NCBI RefSeq assembly: GCF_009914755.1
Contig: NC_060932.1
Reading direction: 5' to 3' (one strand)
DNA from: the human T2T-CHM13v2.0 reference genome, Homo sapiens
DNA: 64,000 nt
The position numbers were made by a program, and so were the translations under genes. This document shows, piece by piece, positions 1 through 12,640 of this stretch. The notes below the pieces were generated by a model. The model saw only the letters and a list, made by a program, of their open reading frames with translations, searched no databases and had not been told where the DNA came from. The first letter of the stretch is position 1. Each line of letters starts with the position of its first letter.

Positions 1-3000
1 CTTATTTTTTTCACCTTGTGGTTATTACATGAAAAAAGGCAAAGACAAAAAGAATGGGATATTTTCTTTCTTGCAGAAACTAAGCAAGTTGATCTTTACA
101 ATACCCCGTAGTGCACAGGAGAGTCTTTCAGGGGCACCTAGCTCTAAGCACATCTGCTACCAATGAAAATTCATGTATATACCTAAAGTGTTCTTAATAA
201 AAAAATAAAACAATACCTTTGTTTTGGATCACAGAGAATGGAGCGTTTCAGATGACTCATCTTTGTTTAGTTGTAACTATCACAAAATATCCTGAATAGC
301 AATATTTGTAAATTTTATCACAAATTTTCTTGACTCAAAGTTATTGCACAATGATCACAATTTAAAGATTTTTTTTATGACTGGGGCTTATCACCGTGAA
401 TAGCAATTATTAAATGATGTGCTGTAAAACAGTGATACTTTCAGTCCACTGAGTTTCATAGGGTGGTAAGTTAGAATATTTTTCTTACGTTTCTTTACAT
501 GAACATGGTGTTCTTCATGGAAGTTAAATTTGGAGAACCAGGTATACACTTGGCCCTCCTGATATACCTAGGCTCAGTTACCTACATTCATTTCAAGTAC
601 AAGTTCTTAACTGTGCAAAAGGTGTAAATTCACTTTGAATGTAATTCATTCCTCCTAACCTAGTCCTTCTACTGGGTCCTTCATTTCAACAGTAGATTCT
701 AAATAAATATGCTAGCACAGTGATTGTAACAGTAAAGAAAACTTGTGTTATAATCCCCTCATTCTTTATAAGCCCCTGGAATTTTTATTTATATTTAAAA
801 TTTTTAAATAATAAAACAATGAAAACTGCAAGATGTGCTATTTTTGTTTGGTAAATACACATTTCAGTTCATGCATTATTTTATTATTTATTAATTTTAT
901 TTTTTATTATTTTATATTACTTATTAAGTATTTTGCTATTATTATTATTTTACTGATTTTGAGTAATGTCTATACATTGAAATTTCTTCTTTATTAATTT
1001 TAAAAACCAAAATATTAAGAAAATACATATTACTAATTATTACTTAACTATCACTAAATGATTCTGTCATATAGAAGAAGTATTAAAAATCCACTCTGGG
1101 GATCAAGTACATCAGGTACAACACTGAAACAAACGTGGTTGAAATGTGGAATTTGAGAGCAAGAACTGGGAGCGTGGTTGTTTCTTAGAGGATGCACTTG
1201 AAATACCCACAATAGCACATACCTAGGTCCTGACTAAGGGTTCATACATTTTTCCTGTGAGATTCACAAAAACCAACTTTTGTATATAGCTCCAAGGCCA
1301 GTCCTTAGAGGTCTATGATATTCTGCACTTTTCTACATCCTAGGACCATACACCCCCAGGGGGGTCTCTGAGGATCAAAATCACTCAGCACAAACTCAGA
1401 GCTCCTTGAAGGCAGGGCCTGTGTGTTTCCTTTCTTAACTCCCCAGTCCGGACAGAGTGCAAGGAACAGCAGAAGTGTTCTAAGCATCGACAGAATAAAT
1501 AAACAAATGAATAGATTTCAAACAAAACAAAGGTCTTTTAGTATCCCAACCCATATCTTACTTAATATTTGTCCAATTAACCTATTGCTTGTCTTCAGTT
1601 TTATGTGAATTATTTTCTCAACCATTCATTCATATTTATGGGGTACCTACTCCAGAGTGGTGCTATTTTAGGCACTAAGAATATAATTATTGAATTGGAC
1701 AAAGTGCTTTAGTCTCATGTGTAAAGTGCTTCCTGATGACTAGATAAAACAATGTACCATCTTACGCGTTAGCACACCCATGTGCACCTGCCTGTACTTG
1801 CTAAAACAACCTTGCCAACCATTTAGAATATATGGACTAAATGGAATTAACCTCTGAATCACATTGGATGACCTGGGTTTTATACACTGTGAGACCATCT
1901 AATGCAAAACCTCTGAAGAACCCCTTCGGATACTTAGGGTTGAAGTGAAATTTTGTCCTATTAATTATACAGGACAGTGACATTGGGTCTGGACTCACTT
2001 GTATACTCTAATTAAATTTACCACCTGGCACATAGTAGACCCTCAATAAATATTTATTAAATGAATTAATCATACAATACTCATAATGGCTCATTTGTGA
2101 TATATTAATAATATATAAAATTCTCAGTAATATATTCTCTATTGCAACTTGATTTCTCTTACACTCTTAATTCAGTATTAAATGGTCATTTGCTCCCGTT
2201 TTCTTTGACTAGTTCACGGCATTAAAACACTGCTTTCTTCCCCCAAGCTTTCAATTTAAATATGCTAGCAGAAATTCCTATTAATTCCATTCCAAGTATT
2301 TGCACAAAACTGATCCACCATAGCCGTCTGCTAATGATGCATCTGTCATTTTATTGACACCCCTAAACAGCTTTATTCTCTTTTCTAATTAAGAGACAAA
2401 ACTGGTATTGTCAGCTGATGAACCGACATTTGGGGGCTTTTGTTCTAATGTAAAAGGCAACACATTATGATGCTAAAACAAAAACTCAGGAATGTTAACA
2501 GAAAAGCCCACTAGACAAAATATATTTACACGAACAATTTGAATTAAGCTTGTTATAAGCCTAATAGTCATACAATATTTTGAGTTACAGGGAAAAAATA
2601 TACACTGTGGCAAAATATATTCAAAACAAAAAGTGGCAGTTCCTACCCTAACTGGCCATTAAAATTCAGAACAAAGCATTCTCATGTGCTTACCAGACAA
2701 TCAAAAATCCTACGGAAAAAAAACCCTAAACCTTTTAAAGCCAACCAAAATGATGTGCTGGAATAGAAGTTGTCATAGAGGTACTAGTAACATTTAAATA
2801 ACAGCTAATAAGAGCTAAAAGTTCTTACAGGAAAAGCCCAGAAATGAGATAAACGGCACATATTTAGGAGCCAAAAAAAAAAAAAAAAAAAAAAATGATT
2901 TCCTGGTGATTATATTAGCTAATTTCCAGAGAAATGACAATTACATACAAGTACAGGACTAACAGCTTACCAGAACATTCTCAAGCAACTGAGGAGGACA

Positions 3001-4312
3001 GGCCATAAAAGCTCTATCGCCATCACATTAAAAATCTAATCTAAAATCACTGCATGTCAGAAAATTAAGGATTCATCAAAATATTCCCAAAGGTAATGTG
3101 ATGGAAGGAATGCATAAGAAGGAACCACACTCCTTGGTTTTTTTTTTTTTTTTTTTTTTTTTTTACATAGAAATGTATCTTAAGATCTATGTTTTAAAAT
3201 TAAATATAAAATCTGGTCTGCTAAATGAGATCATTGTCATGTAGTTAGCATACTTTCTGGCACATAATAAGTGTTTGATAACATTAGGTGTTCTCATTGT
3301 TGTTATTATTACTGAGGAGTCAGATTCAGCTCATTGCTGTTCATGGTTTCCTCCCAAGGCTTAAAGGAACCCAAGACAGATTTCTCGTGGTTAAGCCATG
3401 ATTCCAGCAAATGCTGTTTCTACCTGTCTTTCTGGATACTCTGGTTTGATTCTCTAGTTGCAAACTCTTGCCTTATACTTAAATTCTCCCGCTCTGCCTA
3501 AACGGGCTGTCCTAAGCTCTGACCTGTACATCTTGCTTTTATTGTCCATTTCACCCCAACTTGTCTTCTGTATCACTCTCAGTATAGGGACTATGGGTGA
3601 AACCTACCACACATGTAGCCTATAGTCAATGCTCAAATTCCTGCTTGTTGAGAAGGAGATCCTGGGTATGTTATAAACATGGGTATCATTTCATCAGGCC
3701 TGCTGTCTGCATACAAGGTTGAGAGTCTACTGATTGCCTTGCTGGGAGTCCCTAAAACAGCCAGATATTGATCCATACTTAGAGAGGCATATAGGGTTCT
3801 TGTGATCACTAGGCTAGCTGGATTTATTTAGCATCAATTCTTTAATCCTAGAAAAATCATTGAAAGAAAAGAAAGCACCTAGTCTGATAAAAAACCTCCT
3901 ACTGTGACAACAAAATCAACTTACTAGTTACAAATAAAATGCTGGCTCATCTGTCATTTCCCAGGATATTTTGAACAAGCAAAGAGGTGGGATATATGTG
4001 GTGATATTCAGAGCAAAGCAAAACAGAGTCTACAATCAGTATTTGGTAACATACTGCTGCTACGGGTGGTCCTTGCCTGCTGGTCACATACTGCTGCTGC
4101 TGGGGATGATCCTTCTATCTGTAGAAAATAAAGAGGAAAACGCTGCTTTGAGGTAGAGAATATCCAGTGAGAACCATGCCTGTAGGCACAGGTAGCTGAT
4201 GTTTCAGATGGGATCCTATCCACATGGGATGAGAACTGTACAGGCCCTTCTTATCCCAAGAAATTGGAACTCTTGTGGAATTTGAGGGAATTGCTTTTGT
4301 TAAACATCAATG

Positions 4313-4314
<2 letters not shown>

Positions 4315-4346
<32 letters not shown>
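4315..4346. repeat. (TG)n microsatellite
   Basis: About 16 perfect TG units. Confidence 0.97.
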
Positions 4347-4349
<3 letters not shown>

Positions 4350-5142
4350 GAGAGATAAGCAAATAAATTGTGGTGCCAGATTCTGAAAAGCAAGACAGCA
4401 TAATGGCAACTGGGCTTAAGAATATATTTGATTGCATATATATTGCATATATATGACAGTCCTTGTACGTTTTGAGTTTCTAGGGGGCAGGAAAGGTAGA
4501 GTTGGCGATTCATAAACCTGTGAAACTTTCATAATCTTTTTGTTAAAATTCCACTTCATCAAGATGGTCAGACAGCATGCTAGCTTGATAATCAAACTAT
4601 TTTTCCACATTTCATATATTCATTCATTCATTCATTCATTCAATAGCTTGGAGAATAAAGAGCTGACCAAATACAGTCTCTACTTTGAGACTTCCCTATA
4701 TAACTTATTTGTAGAAATCAATAGACAGGCATTTCTATCATCACTACTTTATATGCCAGTGACAGGGGCTGATAGAGAAGAATAGGGAAGGAAAGTTCTT
4801 TGTAAGATTTGTGCTGTATAGATAGATAGAAATAACCTTTAAAAACATTTTCTTCCCTTTGAAAATATTTTTTATTGCTCTAAGTTAAATATGATTGTTT
4901 AAAAAAATTGGGCAAAAGGCTCAAGTCAGTAAATCCTATCAGAGACAGTTCCATATTTTTTAAACAAATTATTATGTGTTTTCCAACATTTTTTTCTTGC
5001 TTTCTAACTTCTATTTCTATTTCTAAAAGTTTTATGTGAAAGGGAACAGAAAAACCTTTCCCCTTGAATTTGTCCCCATTATAGCAGATTTTATTCTCAT
5101 TAGGAAAACCAGCCTATCTTTTCCTAGCCCTCCTGTGACTGC

Positions 5143-5612
5143 TTTTAAACTGCTTTATTGAAATATGATTGACATATAAATAGCTGTATATATTTAATGT
5201 ATAGAACTTGGTGTGTTTGAAGATAAGTATCTACTTCTGAAACCATCATAACAATTAATGCAATAAATTTATCCAGTATCTCCAAAAGTTTCCTTCTGCC
5301 TCCTTTTATTGCTTGCTTTGTTTTCTGTTGTTTTTCCTTTTCTGGTAAAAGCACTTAACATAAAACTTATCCTCTTGGCAAAATTATAAATATATGATAC
5401 AGTACTGTTAACCACAGGCCCTATGTTGCAGGGTATATCTTTAAAACTTACCTTGCATAATTGAAACTTTGTACCCTTTGATCAACATCTCCCCATTTCC
5501 CCCTCCCTCCATTCCCTGAAAACAACCATTATACTCTGCTTGTATGAGTCTGACTATTGTAGATTCTACCTACAAGTGAGATCATGTGATATTTTTTCTT
5601 TCTTTGTCTTAT
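5143..5612 (-). mobile_element. L1 3'UTR fragment (L1MA/L1MB type)
   Basis: Antisense L1 3' motifs: CTTTATTGAAATATGATTGACA..., GAAACTTTGTACCCTTTGATCAACATCTCCCC, GATTCTACCTACAAGTGAGATCATG. Confidence 0.85.
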
Positions 5613-6809
5613 TTTATTGTTTTTTTTCCTCCTGTGACTTTCTCCTTTAAACTTCTTTCATCGCACCTTCATTTTTCTCCCCAGTGTTGCACATGCTTAC
5701 TTTAGTCTATCTAACCAATTGAGCTTTCCTTTCAAGAACACTCTCATATTTCTAATATGTTCCTAATATATTACTAATATGTTCCTATATCATCCAGGTG
5801 ATGAGCTCCACCAATCCCTCATCCTCTCACTGGAGGAAAACGCAACAGTCCCTACCCAAACCAGGTCTGTGCCTGAAGGACAGCAGTCCCAAATTTCTAC
5901 TTGATTTAGATGAAAAACATGAAATCAGACCTTCTGTGTCCTGTGGCACTGAGGCATTGTTTCATTTAGAAAATAAAAGTGTCTACAACTTCTAAGAATT
6001 CACAAAAAAAAACCACTGCATGGGCCCTTCGAAAATTAAACACAGAAAATAAAGGTGGTGACAGCTGCCAGTGATACAAATTCCAGATACTTGAGGCAGA
6101 AATATGGTTTCAATGAAGCACATCAGAGGGCAATAAAAGGATTCAGCTGATCCTGATGATTATATGCTTTCACTTCTTCTGACTTTTAAAATTAAAATTA
6201 AAATTTGAAACAACATTTAACAATGTTATGTTATATTTGTGAGAAAGTAAGGTTTTCCTTAGCATCTTTCCATTTCCATTTTCCATGGAAACTCTGGGCC
6301 CAGTGAGCTCATGCCATCTTCACTTCAAGTATGCTGCACCAAATACCACCCAGGTCCACTCTATCTGTAAATGCTTCTTTCCAAAATTACTTTCCTTGTT
6401 TACTCATACATTGCTCAACATCCACTCCACCTGCCCCTCACCAGAATTTTCAATTTTCTCACTGGAAATTATTTCAAACGTTTAGAGAACAGCAATGTGA
6501 TTGGTTCAATCTGTGCCTTAAGTACAAGTTTTAAAATGTTTGTGGATGCAAATGAGTAGACAATAAAACAGAAATAAAAGCATTTCTAATTATCTATGAA
6601 AAGATAATTAGATCTTTCTCCCCCCTTTTGCACATTATTTTTTGGTGGAAAATAGGATCAGAATGTCAACACTACTTCCCATTCTCTGGGCCTGTTTCTT
6701 TGTTCAGCCAGTTAATAATTCCCCAGTCGTCACGGAGTGTGTCTTCCACCAACTATTCACTATAAGTAGTGGTGGGGGGAGGAAGTTGAAAAGACAGGTG
6801 TGCTCCTTT

Positions 6810-7353
6810 TGCAGCAGCCAGCCAAAGGACCCCTGAGATGGCCCCTACAGAGCTTCACCTCCTGATATTCACACACTGTGCAGTTTTCTTCCATGTTGAA
6901 CAAGGATGGATTTGTGTGACAACTATTGTAAGGCAGAAGTGATGGTATGTCACTTCCAAGGTTAGTTTATAAAAAAATTGTGGTTTCAGTATTGGAGTCT
7001 TTCTCTCAGATCACTTGCTCTGATGAAGCAAGCTACTATGTTGAGAAGAGCCCTGTAAAAAGGCCTGCACAGTGAGCAGCAAGTCTCTGGCCCATGACCA
7101 GCAAGGAACAGAGGCCTGCTAGCAATCATGTGTGTGAGCTTGGAAGCAGATTCTTCAGCCCAAATTGAGTTTTGAGATGGCTGCAGCCCAGCCAACATTG
7201 TGATAGCAACCTCACGAGAAACCAGTCAGAACCACCCAGCTCAGCCTTTCCCAGATTCTCGGACCTCAGAAACTATGAGATAATAAATGTTTGTTGTTTC
7301 AAGATGCTAAATTTGGGGGGCAGTTTGTTACACAGCAATAGATAGCTAATACA
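6810..7353 (+). mobile_element. MaLR solo LTR (MLT1F-like)
   Basis: TG...CA termini; GATGGCCCC...CCTCCTGATATTCAC head; AATAAATGTTTGTTGTTTCAAG...CAGCAATAGATAGCTAATACA tail; near-TSD CCTTT/CATTT. Confidence 0.85.
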
Positions 7354-7949
7354 CATTTGGCATGGATGGTCCAGGATATAAATATGGTGCACTGAGTTGT
7401 AGCCAATGTAGAAGCATAACTGAGCAAGTTGTTAAGGTATTAAGAGAAAAACCCAGTAGATTTATTATTGGAGTGGCAGGGGAAAGCTTTCCATGGAAGG
7501 TAACATCTGAGCTGTGAGTTTAAAGATGGGCAACCGTTCATTAGAAAATGAGAGGAGGAAATGATAGGCCAGACAGATGGGATGGCAGTAGTGAATGCAC
7601 AGCTATGCAAACTGATAACTAGAAATGAGGAAGTAGCTCAACACTGCCAGAGTAATAGGGTGCAGTTTGGCTGGGATGGGAGTCGTGGATTGTGAAAGAC
7701 GAAGCTGGAAAGAGGTGGGATGAAGCCAGGTTGTGAAGCATGTGGAACACAAGGCTGAGCAGCTAAGACTCATCCTACAGACAAAAGTGAGCAAGCGTGC
7801 ATTTTTTAAAGTAGGAAAGTGCCTAACCAAAAGGCGCTAACCTTTTTTACTGCAAGGGATACATAGGAATAGAAATGCCCATTTCTGATCAGATATTTCC
7901 TCCATTCCTCATTTCAACCACTGACAGTCTCCTGGGACTTAGGCCTGAG

Positions 7950-9612
7950 ACAAGCTTATTCCTTGGTGACCTTTCTTCAAACACTCTTTCTGTGTGGCTC
8001 CCTCATTTAGCTTCTACATCATTGGCTGATGCTTCTCAGTTCCTCTGTCTGTGTTCCCCACCTTTCCAGTATCTCTGAACACTGAAAAGCCTCAGAACTC
8101 AGTTTTCAAACATCTGCTCCTCTCTGCACATGCTCTAGAGCGTGCTGTCCAGGCTAGTTGCAACAGCTCTTGATACCACGGAATACTGGAGACACGTCAG
8201 CTCGTATCTCCAGCCTGGCCCTCTCCTCTGAAATCCAGACTCCTAATCCTGCTGCCTATCCATCATCTCCACTGGGAGGTCTATTAACATCTTAAACTTC
8301 ACCTATCCAAAATGAATGCTTCATTTTTCTATCAAGAATGCTTCTTTCAGTGTTCTACAACTCAACAAATGGCAGTCCACTACACCCAGTAGCTCAGGCC
8401 AAAAAACTTGATTGAACCTTGACTTCTTTCTCTCACAACCCACGTATAACATCAGCAAATCACTTTGTTCTACCTTCAAAATATTTTCCAAATCCAAGTA
8501 GTGTTTCCTCTCCATCCAGATCACCATTATCCCTTTGCTGCATGATCACAGCAGCCTTTCTCTGGTCTAACGCTTCCCCCATTAACAGTGTATTTTTCAC
8601 AATAGCTAAGACTTGGAAGCAACCTGAGTGCCCATCAATAGATGAATGAATATAGAATATGTGGTACATATACCCAATGGAGTACTATCTAGCCATTAAA
8701 AAGAATGAGATCCTGTCATTTGCAACAACATGGATGGAACTGGAGGACATTATGTTAAGTGAAATAAGCCAGGCACAGAAAGACAAACTTCACATATTCT
8801 TACTTATTTGTGGGATCTAAAAATCAGAATAATTGAACTCCTGGGCACAGAGAGTAGAGGGATGGTTACTAGAGGCTGCAAGGGTAGTGGGAGTTGTGGG
8901 GGAAGATGGTTAATGGGTACAAAAAAATAGAAAGAATGAATAAGACCTACTGTTTGATGGCACAATAGGGATACTATAGTTAGTAATAACTTAATTGTAT
9001 ATTTTAAAATAACTAAAAAGAGTGTAATTGGATTGCTTGTAACTCAAAGGATAAATAATTAAAGTGATGCTTGAGGAGATGGATACCCCATTTTCCATGA
9101 TGGGCTTATTAAACATTGCGTGTCTGCATCAAAGCATCCTGTGTACCCTATAAATATATACACCTACTATGTACCCACAAAAATAAAAATAAACAGTGTA
9201 TTCTCCAGATTGATGTTCTAGTGAGCCTTTAAAAATACTTTTTTTTTTCCCTGTTCCTACACCTTGCCAGTCACGCTGTAATCTTGGGGCATTTGCACCC
9301 GCAGGTTCTTGGGCCCGGAATGTTGTTCTTCTAGATACCCTCGTGGCTCACTTCATTCCTGTTGCTGTTCGAATGGCACCTGTTTAGAAAAGCTTCCCCT
9401 GACTCCCTGTCTGCACACTCCTTTCATTACCCCATCACACTCTCTCCCTTACCTTCATTCCTTTTCTTTATATCACCTCACAGATAACTGGTCTTTCTGC
9501 TTACAGGGTATGATCTGTCTCGTCCATTAGAAGGTAAACCCCATGAGGGCACAGGCTCTGACCACGAAAGTGGGTAAGGGTAGGCATTCAGCAAATAATT
9601 GTTAAATGAATG
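7950..9612 (+). mobile_element. L2 element, interrupted by an L1MA
   Basis: L2 motifs ATCTCCAGCCTGGCCCTCTCCTCTGAAATCCAGACTCC and CATCTTAAACTTCACCTATCCAAA; 3' end AAATAATTGTTAAATGAATG. Confidence 0.75.
8595..9191 (+). mobile_element. 5'-truncated L1MA (L1MA2/3-like) with TSD
   Basis: AAGACTTGGAAGCAACC...TCATTTGCAACAACATGGATGGAACTGGAG...CCTACTATGTACCCACAAAAATAAAA. TSD AACAGTGTATT at 8584-8594 and 9192-9202. Confidence 0.92.
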
Positions 9613-9669
9613 CATGGTTGGGTTTACACACTCCTCATCCCAAATACTATGTATGAGTAAGATGACATA

Positions 9670-9900
9670 GCATAAGAGGGGCAGCAGAGTGTGGTAGTAT
9701 AAATCAGGTGGTCCTGAACCATACTGCCTCACTAGCTGTGTGGTGCTGAGCAAGTTGTTTCATCTCTTTTTGCCTCAGCTGCTTCATCTATAAACTGAGA
9801 GCGATAACAATATCGACTATTGGTTATTACCAGAATTAAATGAATTGATATTTTTAAAGTGCTTAAACAATACCTAGAATGCCTAGTATATGATAAACCC
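9670..9900 (+). mobile_element. MIR SINE
   Basis: Core ACTAGCTGTGTG...GAGCAAGTTG...TGCCTCAG...CATCTATAAA...AAAGTGCTTAAACA. Confidence 0.7.
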
Positions 9901-10579
9901 TGTATCACGCTTTGTTAAAATAATTAAATAAGTTAATAGATTTGCTAAGCAGCGGAATAATGCTAAAGTATAATTTATTTATATAAGTCTATATTAAATA
10001 GATTTATTTAAAAAATGTATAAGGTCACAATCAGCATTTCAACATTTCTTCCCAGTTCAAAGATGATGTCACTCAAATGAACCTACAAATGGCACCTTAC
10101 CAAGCAACTGCCAGCAGGTGCTCAACAAATATTTGGTGACAGATCCAATTAATGCCTGCCTTCATTTTTCTCTTCTATATAATATAGAAATGCACAATGA
10201 TATGAAATGAAATTACTCCTAGACATTTCTCCAAAGAAGATATACAAAATAGATACATGAAAAGGCGCTTGACATCATTAGACATTTGGGAAAGGCAATG
10301 CAAAACCACAATGAGATACCACTTCACATCCACAAGGATGGCTCTTATCAATAACCCAGACAATGACAAGTTTTCACCAGGATATGGAGAAATCAGAGCC
10401 TTCACACACTGAATGTAAAATGGAGCAGGCATTGTGTAAAACAGTCTGCCAGATCCTCAAAAAGTTAAACACAATAATACCAAATGACCCAGCAATTTCA
10501 CTACTAGGTATATACCCAAGAGAAAAATTACATGTCCATTCAAAAACTTGCAAACAAATGTTAATATTAACATTAGGCA

Positions 10580-10667
10580 GTCTTTGCCGCCCCGCCGGCG
10601 AGCGCCGCCCGGGAGGCAGCGGCTGGAGGAGCAGACGGGCCCCGCGGGGCCCGAGGGCAAGGAGCAG
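10580..10667 (+). other. MAST2: Transduced fragment of MAST2 exon 1 spliced onto the SVA
   Basis: Translates (Q)SLPPRRRAPPGRQRLEEQTGPAGPEGKEQ, which matches the MAST2 N-terminus as I recall it. Ends ...GAGCAG directly at the SVA Alu-like segment, the hallmark of SVA_F1. Confidence 0.9.
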
Positions 10668-10709
10668 CCGCCTGCCTTGGCCTCCCAAAGTGCCGAGATT
10701 GCAGCCTCT

Positions 10710-12137
10710 GCCCGGCTGCCACCCCGTCTGGGAAGTGAGGAGTGTCTCTGCCTGGCCGCCCATCGTCTGGGATGTGAGGAGCCCCTCTGCCTGGCTGCCC
10801 AGTCTGGAAAGTGAGGAGCGTCTCCGCCCGGCCGCCATCCCATCTAGGAAGTGAGGAGCGCCTCTTCCCAGCCGCCATCACATCTAGGAAGTGAGGAGCG
10901 TCTCTGCCCGGCCGCCCATCGTCTGAGATGTGGGGAGCGCCTCTGCCCCGCCGCCCCATCTGGGATGTGAGGAGCGCCTCTGCCCGGCCGAGACCCCGTC
11001 TGGGAGGTGAGGAGCGTCTCTGCCCGGCCGCCCCGTCTGAGAAGTGAGGAGACCCTCTGCCTGGCAACCACCCCGTCTGAGAAGTGAGGAGCCCCTCCGC
11101 CCCGCAGCTGCCCCGTCTGAGAAGTGAGGAGCCTCTCCCCCCGGCAGCCACCCCATCTGGGAAGTGAGGAGCGTCTCCGCCCGGCAGCCACCCCGTCCGG
11201 GAGGGAGGTGGGGGGGGTCAGCCCCCCGCCCGGCCAGCCGCCCCATCCGGGAGGGAGGTGGGGGGTCAGCTCCCCCGCCCGGCCAGCCGTGCCATCCGGG
11301 AGGGAGGTGGGGGGGTCAGCCCCCCGCCTGGCCAGCCGTGCCGTCCGGGAGGGAGGTGGGGGGGTCAGCCCCCCGCCCGGCCAGCCGCCCCGTCCGGGAG
11401 GTGAGGGGCGCCTCTGCCCGGCCGCCCCTACTGGGAAGTGAGGAGCCCCTCAGCCCGGCCAGCCACCCCGTCCGGGAGGGAGATGGGGGGGGTCAGCCCC
11501 CCCACCCGGCCAGCCGCCCCGTCCGGGAGGGAGGTGGGGGGGTCAGCCCTCCGCCCGGCCAGCCGCCCCGTCTGGGAGGTGAGGGGCGCCTCTGCCCAGC
11601 CGCCCCTACTGGGAAGTGAGGAGCCCCTCTGCCCGGCCAGCCGCCCCATCTGGGAGGGAGGTGGGGGGGTCAGCCCCCCGCCCGGCCAGCCGCCCTGTCC
11701 GGGAGGGAGGTGGGGGGGTCAGCCCTCCGCCCGGCCAGCCGCCCCGTCTGGGAGGTGAGGGGCGCCTCTGCCCTGCCGCCCCTACTGGGAAGTGAGGAGC
11801 CCCTCTGCCCGGCCAGCCGCCCCGTCCGGGAGGGAGGTGGGGGGGTCGGCCCCCCGCCCGGCCAGCCGCCCCGTCCGGGAGGTGAGGGGCGCCTCTGCCC
11901 GGCCGCCCCTACTGGGAAGTGAGGAGCCCCTCTGCCCGGCCAGCCGCCCCGTCCGGGAGGGAGGTGGGGGGGTCAGCCCCCCGCCCGGCCAGCCGCCCCG
12001 TCCGGGAGGGAGGTGGGGGGGGTCAGCCCCCCTGCCCGGCCAGCCACCCCGTCCGGGAGGTGAGGGGCGCCTCTGCCCGGCCGCCCCTACTGGGAAGTGA
12101 GGAGCCCCTCTGCCCGGCCACCACCCCGTCTGGGAGG
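10710..12137 (+). repeat. SVA VNTR (GC-rich ~35-50 bp units)
   Basis: Tandem units such as GCCTCTGCCCGGCCGCCCCTACTGGGAAGTGAGGAGCC and CCCGTCCGGGAGGGAGGTGGGGGGGTCAGCCCCCCGCCCGGCCAGCCG. Confidence 0.95.
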
Positions 12138-12640
12138 TGTGCCCAACAGCTCATTGAGAACGGGCCAGGATGACAATGGCGGCTTTGTGGAATAGAAAGG
12201 CGGGAAAGGTGGGGAAAAGATTGAGAAATCGGATGGTTGCCCTGTCTGTGTAGAAAGAAGTAGACATGGGAGACTTTTCATTTTGTTCTGCACTAAGAAA
12301 AATTCCTCTGCCTTGGGATCCTGTTGATCTGTGACCTTACCCCCAACCCTGTGCTCTCTGAAACATGTGCTGTGTCCACTCAGGGTTAAATGGATTAAGG
12401 GCGGTGCAAGATGTGCTTTGTTAAACAGATGCTTGAAGGCAGCATGCTCGTTAAGAGTCATCACCAATCCCTAATCTCAAGTAATCAGGGACACAAACAC
12501 TGCGGAAGGCCGCAGGGTCCTCTGCCTAGGAAAACCAGAGACCTTTGTTCACTTGTTTATCTGCTGACCTTCCCTCCACTATTGTCCCATGACCCTGCCA
12601 AATCCCCCTCTGTGAGAAACACCCAAGAATTATCAATAAA
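12138..12640 (+). mobile_element. SVA SINE-R domain (HERV-K env/LTR derived)
   Basis: CCCAACAGCTCATTGAGAACGGGCCAGGATGACAATGGC ... GAGAAACACCCAAGAATTATCAATAAA. Confidence 0.93.

Noticed and set aside
2873-3164. Poly-A and poly-T tracts facing each other
   Set aside because: Independent mononucleotide runs; no TSD or retrocopy body evident.
10710-12137. Regular repeat array resembling a CRISPR or novel tandem system
   Set aside because: No unique spacers; it is the standard SVA VNTR in human DNA.
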